From Hormoscilla sp. (lineage in GTDB: Bacteria; Cyanobacteriota; Cyanobacteriia; Cyanobacteriales; Desertifilaceae), in NCBI GenBank assembly GCA_051439505.1, contig JBFRWI010000230.1, forward strand, positions 1 through 31,341: DNA of 31,341 nucleotides, read 5' to 3'. Positions 27,972-31,341 of this stretch are shown one piece after another (the stretch's first letter is position 1; the number at the start of each line of letters is the position of its first letter). The translations under genes and the position numbers were made by a program. The notes under the pieces were generated by a model. That model saw nothing but the letters and a program-made list of their open reading frames with translations. It did not search any database and was not told the DNA's origin.

Positions 27972-27995
27972 AGTGGGTTGACAGCGGAGTTGGTT

Positions 27996-28106
27996 TGATG
28001 ATATATTATAAATAACGGTAATCAGCTAACAATAGCATTTGTGTGGTATAATCTGCTGAGAGGACCGGCGAAAAGAGTTAGCAGGAAAATTGTACTGGAG
28101 GTTGAC
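27996..28106 (+). promoter_or_regulatory. Duplicated KGK leader with extended -10 (TGGTATAAT) and GGAGG RBS
   Basis: Homologous to 28591-28703 upstream of KGK3. Confidence 0.6.
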
Positions 28107-28451
28107 ATGGTAAACAAAATCACAAAATGTAGTGATGACACTGCTGTATCATTGAGTGATTATTCATTCAAGGTATCTCAATTGAAGGAAAAATTAATGG
28201 AGCAGGCATTCTCAGATAATAACCTAGGATACCTAGTTTATCAACAGATAAAAATGAGTGGCATTGATGGAAGCAATTACAATAATTGGTTTGGGGATGG
28301 TCTAGATGCTGAAATTCTTGTTCCAGGTGCCAAGGTATGGCAGAAAGGGAAAATGAGACTGAAAGTCAACGTGGAGGTAGAGTTTATCTCGGACGAACCA
28401 GAAACCACTAAACCAGAATCACCCCTGGATGACTTGCGTCAAAAGCTGTAA
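28107..28451 (+). CDS. KGK domain protein 2
   Basis: WFGDGLDAEILVPGAKVWQKGKMRLK...PESPLDDLRQKL; GGAGG before ATG at 28107. Confidence 0.9.
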   Translation: MVNKITKCSDDTAVSLSDYSFKVSQLKEKLMEQAFSDNNLGYLVYQQIKMSGIDGSNYNNWFGDGLDAEILVPGAKVWQKGKMRLKVNVEVEFISDEPETTKPESPLDDLRQKL

Positions 28452-28480
28452 GAGGAAAATGGACAGGGTTGACAGCTTTT

Positions 28481-28589
28481 TCGACAATGTTTGCAGTCGG
28501 TTTTCAACCGACTTTAGCTATTAGCCGTGGGTTTGAACCCACGGCGGGCCAGGAGACCAATTGAGAATGGTGCTGGTGCAAGATCTCAG
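28481..28589. repeat. Double-hairpin dispersed repeat (family B), inverted copy
   Basis: Reverse complement matches 6601-6739 (CTGAGATCT..GCACCATTCT.AATT.GTCTCCTGGCCCGCCG...GCTAA.AGCTAAAGT...CATTGTCGA). Confidence 0.8.
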
Positions 28590-28703
28590 TTTGATGCTAG
28601 ATTAGAAATAACGGTAATTAGTAAATAGGATCGTTCCTGTGGTATAATCGGCAGAGAGTACCCGGGAAAATAGTTAGCAGTAAAATTGTCTTGGAGGTTA
28701 AAC

Positions 28704-29039
28704 ATGGGAGACAAAATCACCATAAAAGGATGCAGTGATAAAGGTGTTTTTTCAAAGGGAGATATGACATTAAAGATATCTCAATTTATCGAAGATATGC
28801 AGAAATCATTTTCAGAGCATAATCTCGGAATACTGGCTAATAACAATATATGTATTGGTTCCGATCACAAAAAATGCTTGACGGATGGGATAGATTGTGA
28901 AATACTCGAACCAGGCAGAAAGGGATGGCAGAAAGGAAAAATTAAACTGCAAGTCAATGTGGAGGTAGAGTTTACCCCGTCCCAACCAGAAACGACCGAA
29001 CCAGAATCACCCCTAGATGACTTGCGCCAAAAGCTGTAA
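28704..29039 (+). CDS. KGK domain protein 3
   Basis: DGIDCEILEPGRKGWQKGKIKL...PESPLDDLRQKL; GGAGG before ATG at 28704. Confidence 0.9.
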   Translation: MGDKITIKGCSDKGVFSKGDMTLKISQFIEDMQKSFSEHNLGILANNNICIGSDHKKCLTDGIDCEILEPGRKGWQKGKIKLQVNVEVEFTPSQPETTEPESPLDDLRQKL

Positions 29040-29052
29040 GAGGAAAATTGAC

Positions 29053-29307
29053 ATGAAAGAAATAAAGAAAACTCCCCGGATAAAAATTCCCCCAGAGGTG
29101 CGGAAATATGTATTCTCTCGGGACTCTTACCAATGCCAAAGCTGTGGCAAAACCCATCAAGAAACAGAACTGACTATAGATCACATTATCCCCCTCGCCC
29201 GTGGGGGCACCAACGACATCAGCAACCTGCAAACCCTCTGCCGCAGCTGTAACCAGCAGAAAAAACATCACTTAGACCCCCGGTTTAAGCGCCATTTCAG
29301 TAGCTAG
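29053..29307 (+). CDS. Small HNH endonuclease (McrA-like, zinc-binding)
   Basis: RD..QCQSCG...IDHIIPLARGGTNDISNLQTLCRSCNQQK; ATG at 29053 after GAGG. Confidence 0.92.
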   Translation: MKEIKKTPRIKIPPEVRKYVFSRDSYQCQSCGKTHQETELTIDHIIPLARGGTNDISNLQTLCRSCNQQKKHHLDPRFKRHFSS

Positions 29308-29387
29308 ACAGGCGAGACGCCTGTCCTACGAAACGATTCCCGTCTTTGTTATAAAATTGATTAGCGCTGGACCAGAATAACAGGTTG

Positions 29388-31067
29388 ATGACACAAGAGG
29401 ATCCACTAGCTACCGCTATAACCCCGATCGCCGAGGTGACCGAACTAGCTGCACTTGCACCCCAAGATGTAGAAGAGGTCTCCCTCGAACAGATCAAAAG
29501 CGAAACTCTCCTCAGACTCAGGGATTCCTCGGATCGCCCCCGGGACTATCCCCCTGGAGAGGCGGTCCAGTCTGCCATGGCACGGTTAGTGCAGATCGTC
29601 TCCGAATTGCGATCGCCCGCCAGCGGTTGGCCTGCGGGAGTGCCTCAAACCCCAGAAAACCTGCTTCCCTACGTAGCAGAAGAAGCCTACGGAGTCTTAA
29701 ACGCTTTCACATCCTCCCAGATATCTGTAGAAACAGCCCCACATATCGATCTTTCCTGGGCCCCCTCCCAGTCGCCCGATCCCCCCAAACCCCCCTTAAA
29801 AAGGGGTGCTTCCGGAAGCCCCCCCTTTCCCAAGGGGGGGTTTGGGGGGGATCCCGCTACCACAAATGCAGACCACACCGGTCCAGATCTGCCCGGTTCC
29901 TTGTTATCTTCCCAATCCCCATATATTCTGATTGAAGGCTTAACCTTCCGACTGCTGTGGTACGTCGCCATAACTTCCTACGAACTGATGCAACTCATGG
30001 GCGGCATCAAAGCCAGAATCTTATCACCAGGAGAACAGTGGCAAACCGGAATTCTGCGACTGGCAGTCATTTTGGCAGCTGAAGCCTCCGATATCAATTG
30101 GTCCCTTGACCTAGTTACCAGTCAACCGGCTAAAACTTCCTTAAAGCCCGACTGTCTGATTCAATTACCAGCAAGGGAAACCTCCGAAACTCTCTCAAAT
30201 TTCACCCACCGACTGCTGCAACAAATTCAAGCTACCACCCCCGAAGTGAAAATCTTCGCTGAAACTGCCAGGGTTGACTTACTCCAACCGGGAAAAAATT
30301 GGCGACAAGCAGAAATTAAGCTCAAACTTGACTGGGAATTTATCGCCGACGATCCCTTTGCCATCGGAGATGATATCTCTACTCGTGGCGATCGCACCAT
30401 CAAATTCGCCGACCCCACCGCGATCGAAGTCTATTCCCAAAGCATTTTAACATGGGAATTAAGCACTGCTGTCGAGATGGTGCAAAGCATATATTATCGT
30501 CGCCATAGCTTGGGGGACGCACCCCATAAAACCCGATCGCTGCTGCTGAAATTCACCGAAACAGCAGTTGCCCTAGTCAACCGCTGCATGGAAAATCCCC
30601 TATACTTAACCTGGGGCCGAGAAATTCAGCTAGACAAATGGATCCCCCATCTGCTATGGCAGTTGACAGGGAGTTCCTACGACATCATGCGGTTGCTGGG
30701 GGGCGTCAAAGCCTATATTCTCCAACCTGAGTGGGGTTGGTGTCTGGGTACCCTGCGACTTTTAGCAGTCCTGAATATCAACCCATCTTTACAACTAGAT
30801 TTAGCCACAGGAGAACCTGTCAAACCCAGTTTCTTTTGGCTGATGAGTGATGGGATAATTGAATTAGCTGAAAGCGGTTTATCTAAAGAACCAGAACAAG
30901 TTGGAGATCTCCTGACTAAGTTGCTAGACCAAGTCCAAGCAACCACTCCCACTCTCAAACCATTCCTGGACGGTACCCCGATCGAATTACTAACCGCCGA
31001 TAAAAATTGGCAACCCGGACTACTTCAACTCAGCATCGACCTAGAATTCATTCCCGAAGATAATTGA
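29388..31067 (+). CDS. Hypothetical protein: degenerate MazG-like N-terminus plus internal duplication with four KGK-like motifs
   Basis: LVQIVSELRSP.SGWP...QTPENLLPYVAEEAYGV resembles the MazG N-terminus; two ~145-aa repeats, each with two 'IL.PG..W..G.L.L' motifs. Confidence 0.75.
   Translation: MTQEDPLATAITPIAEVTELAALAPQDVEEVSLEQIKSETLLRLRDSSDRPRDYPPGEAVQSAMARLVQIVSELRSPASGWPAGVPQTPENLLPYVAEEAYGVLNAFTSSQISVETAPHIDLSWAPSQSPDPPKPPLKRGASGSPPFPKGGFGGDPATTNADHTGPDLPGSLLSSQSPYILIEGLTFRLLWYVAITSYELMQLMGGIKARILSPGEQWQTGILRLAVILAAEASDINWSLDLVTSQPAKTSLKPDCLIQLPARETSETLSNFTHRLLQQIQATTPEVKIFAETARVDLLQPGKNWRQAEIKLKLDWEFIADDPFAIGDDISTRGDRTIKFADPTAIEVYSQSILTWELSTAVEMVQSIYYRRHSLGDAPHKTRSLLLKFTETAVALVNRCMENPLYLTWGREIQLDKWIPHLLWQLTGSSYDIMRLLGGVKAYILQPEWGWCLGTLRLLAVLNINPSLQLDLATGEPVKPSFFWLMSDGIIELAESGLSKEPEQVGDLLTKLLDQVQATTPTLKPFLDGTPIELLTADKNWQPGLLQLSIDLEFIPEDN
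29777..29879. mobile_element. Family A palindrome read in frame within the CDS
   Basis: GATCCCCCCAAACCCCCCTTAAAAAGGGG...GGGGGGGTTTGGGGGGGATCC...GACCACACC, encoding PDPPKPPLKRGASGSPPFPKGGFGGDP. Confidence 0.8.
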
Positions 31068-31086
31068 TATTGGTATAATTGATATG

Positions 31087-31108
31087 GTAGGGTGTGTACT
31101 GCCCACCA
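31087..31108 (+). repeat. Degenerate GTAG REP
   Basis: GTAGGGTGTGTACTGCCCACCA. Confidence 0.65.
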
Positions 31109-31125
31109 AGTCAATGTGTACATTG

Positions 31126-31227
31126 TTAGCCATTAGCAATTAGCAATTAGCAATTAGCCATTAGCAATTAGCCATTAGCAATTAGCCATTAGCAATTAGC
31201 CATTAGCAATTAGCCATTCACAGCCAT
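31126..31227. repeat. Heptamer tandem repeat TTAGC(C/A)A, STRR-like
   Basis: About 13-14 copies ending at the next start codon. Confidence 0.9.
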
Positions 31228-31228
31228 T

Positions 31229-31341
31229 ATGTATACTTACGCATTTATCAAAACTCCAGAAGTTCCTCTCAAATTACCCCAAGGGATCAAGGGTGATCTG
31301 GAACTTGTTACGGAAAAGCAAATAGCAGCTATTGTCGAACC
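31229..31341 (+). CDS. GvpL/GvpF-family gas vesicle protein, 5' part
   Basis: Not in the ORF track; MYTYAFIKTPEVPLKLPQGIKGDLELVTEKQIAAIVEP matches the Y.Y.F...LP.GI...IAA.VE N-terminal pattern. Confidence 0.65.
   Translation, partial: MYTYAFIKTPEVPLKLPQGIKGDLELVTEKQIAAIVE

Noticed and set aside
29053..29307. HNH as a fragment of IscB/Cas9 or a group II intron protein
   Set aside because: Complete stand-alone 84-aa ORF with its own RBS; no RuvC or RT sequence adjacent.

Overview
Chromosomal window from a HIP1 (GCGATCGC)-rich cyanobacterium, probably a filamentous Oscillatoriales-like organism (inferred from HIP1 density, heptamer repeats and gene content). Core genes: partial hisS, pedR, a CBS/DXCF-cyanobacteriochrome/PAS/GGDEF diguanylate cyclase, a PfkB kinase, Uma2, CYTH, a DsbD_2-type membrane protein, cydAB, a plant-type leuC, EamA, ABM, cysS and an AI-2E transporter. 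Accessory region 1 (11.5-16.0 kb) has an orphan HipS-HIRAN-like gene, a RAYT transposase inside a GTAG-REP cluster, and a secreted LVIVD beta-propeller gene with near-identical repeats and hypervariable loops, bracketed by REP/HIP1 units. Accessory region 2 (23.6-31.1 kb) has a SynDLP-like dynamin, three divergent KGK paralogues interleaved with insertions, a small HNH nuclease and a protein fusing a degenerate MazG N-terminus to four KGK-like motifs; this is the best candidate for an undescribed system. Two decayed gene duplicates not shown in the ORF track (leuC 5' end, antitoxin 3' end) each bracket an inserted gene, and both have gained CGATCG sites. Several palindromic repeat families overlap gene ends or sit in frame inside a gene. 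All calls come from reading the sequence by eye; no searches were run.
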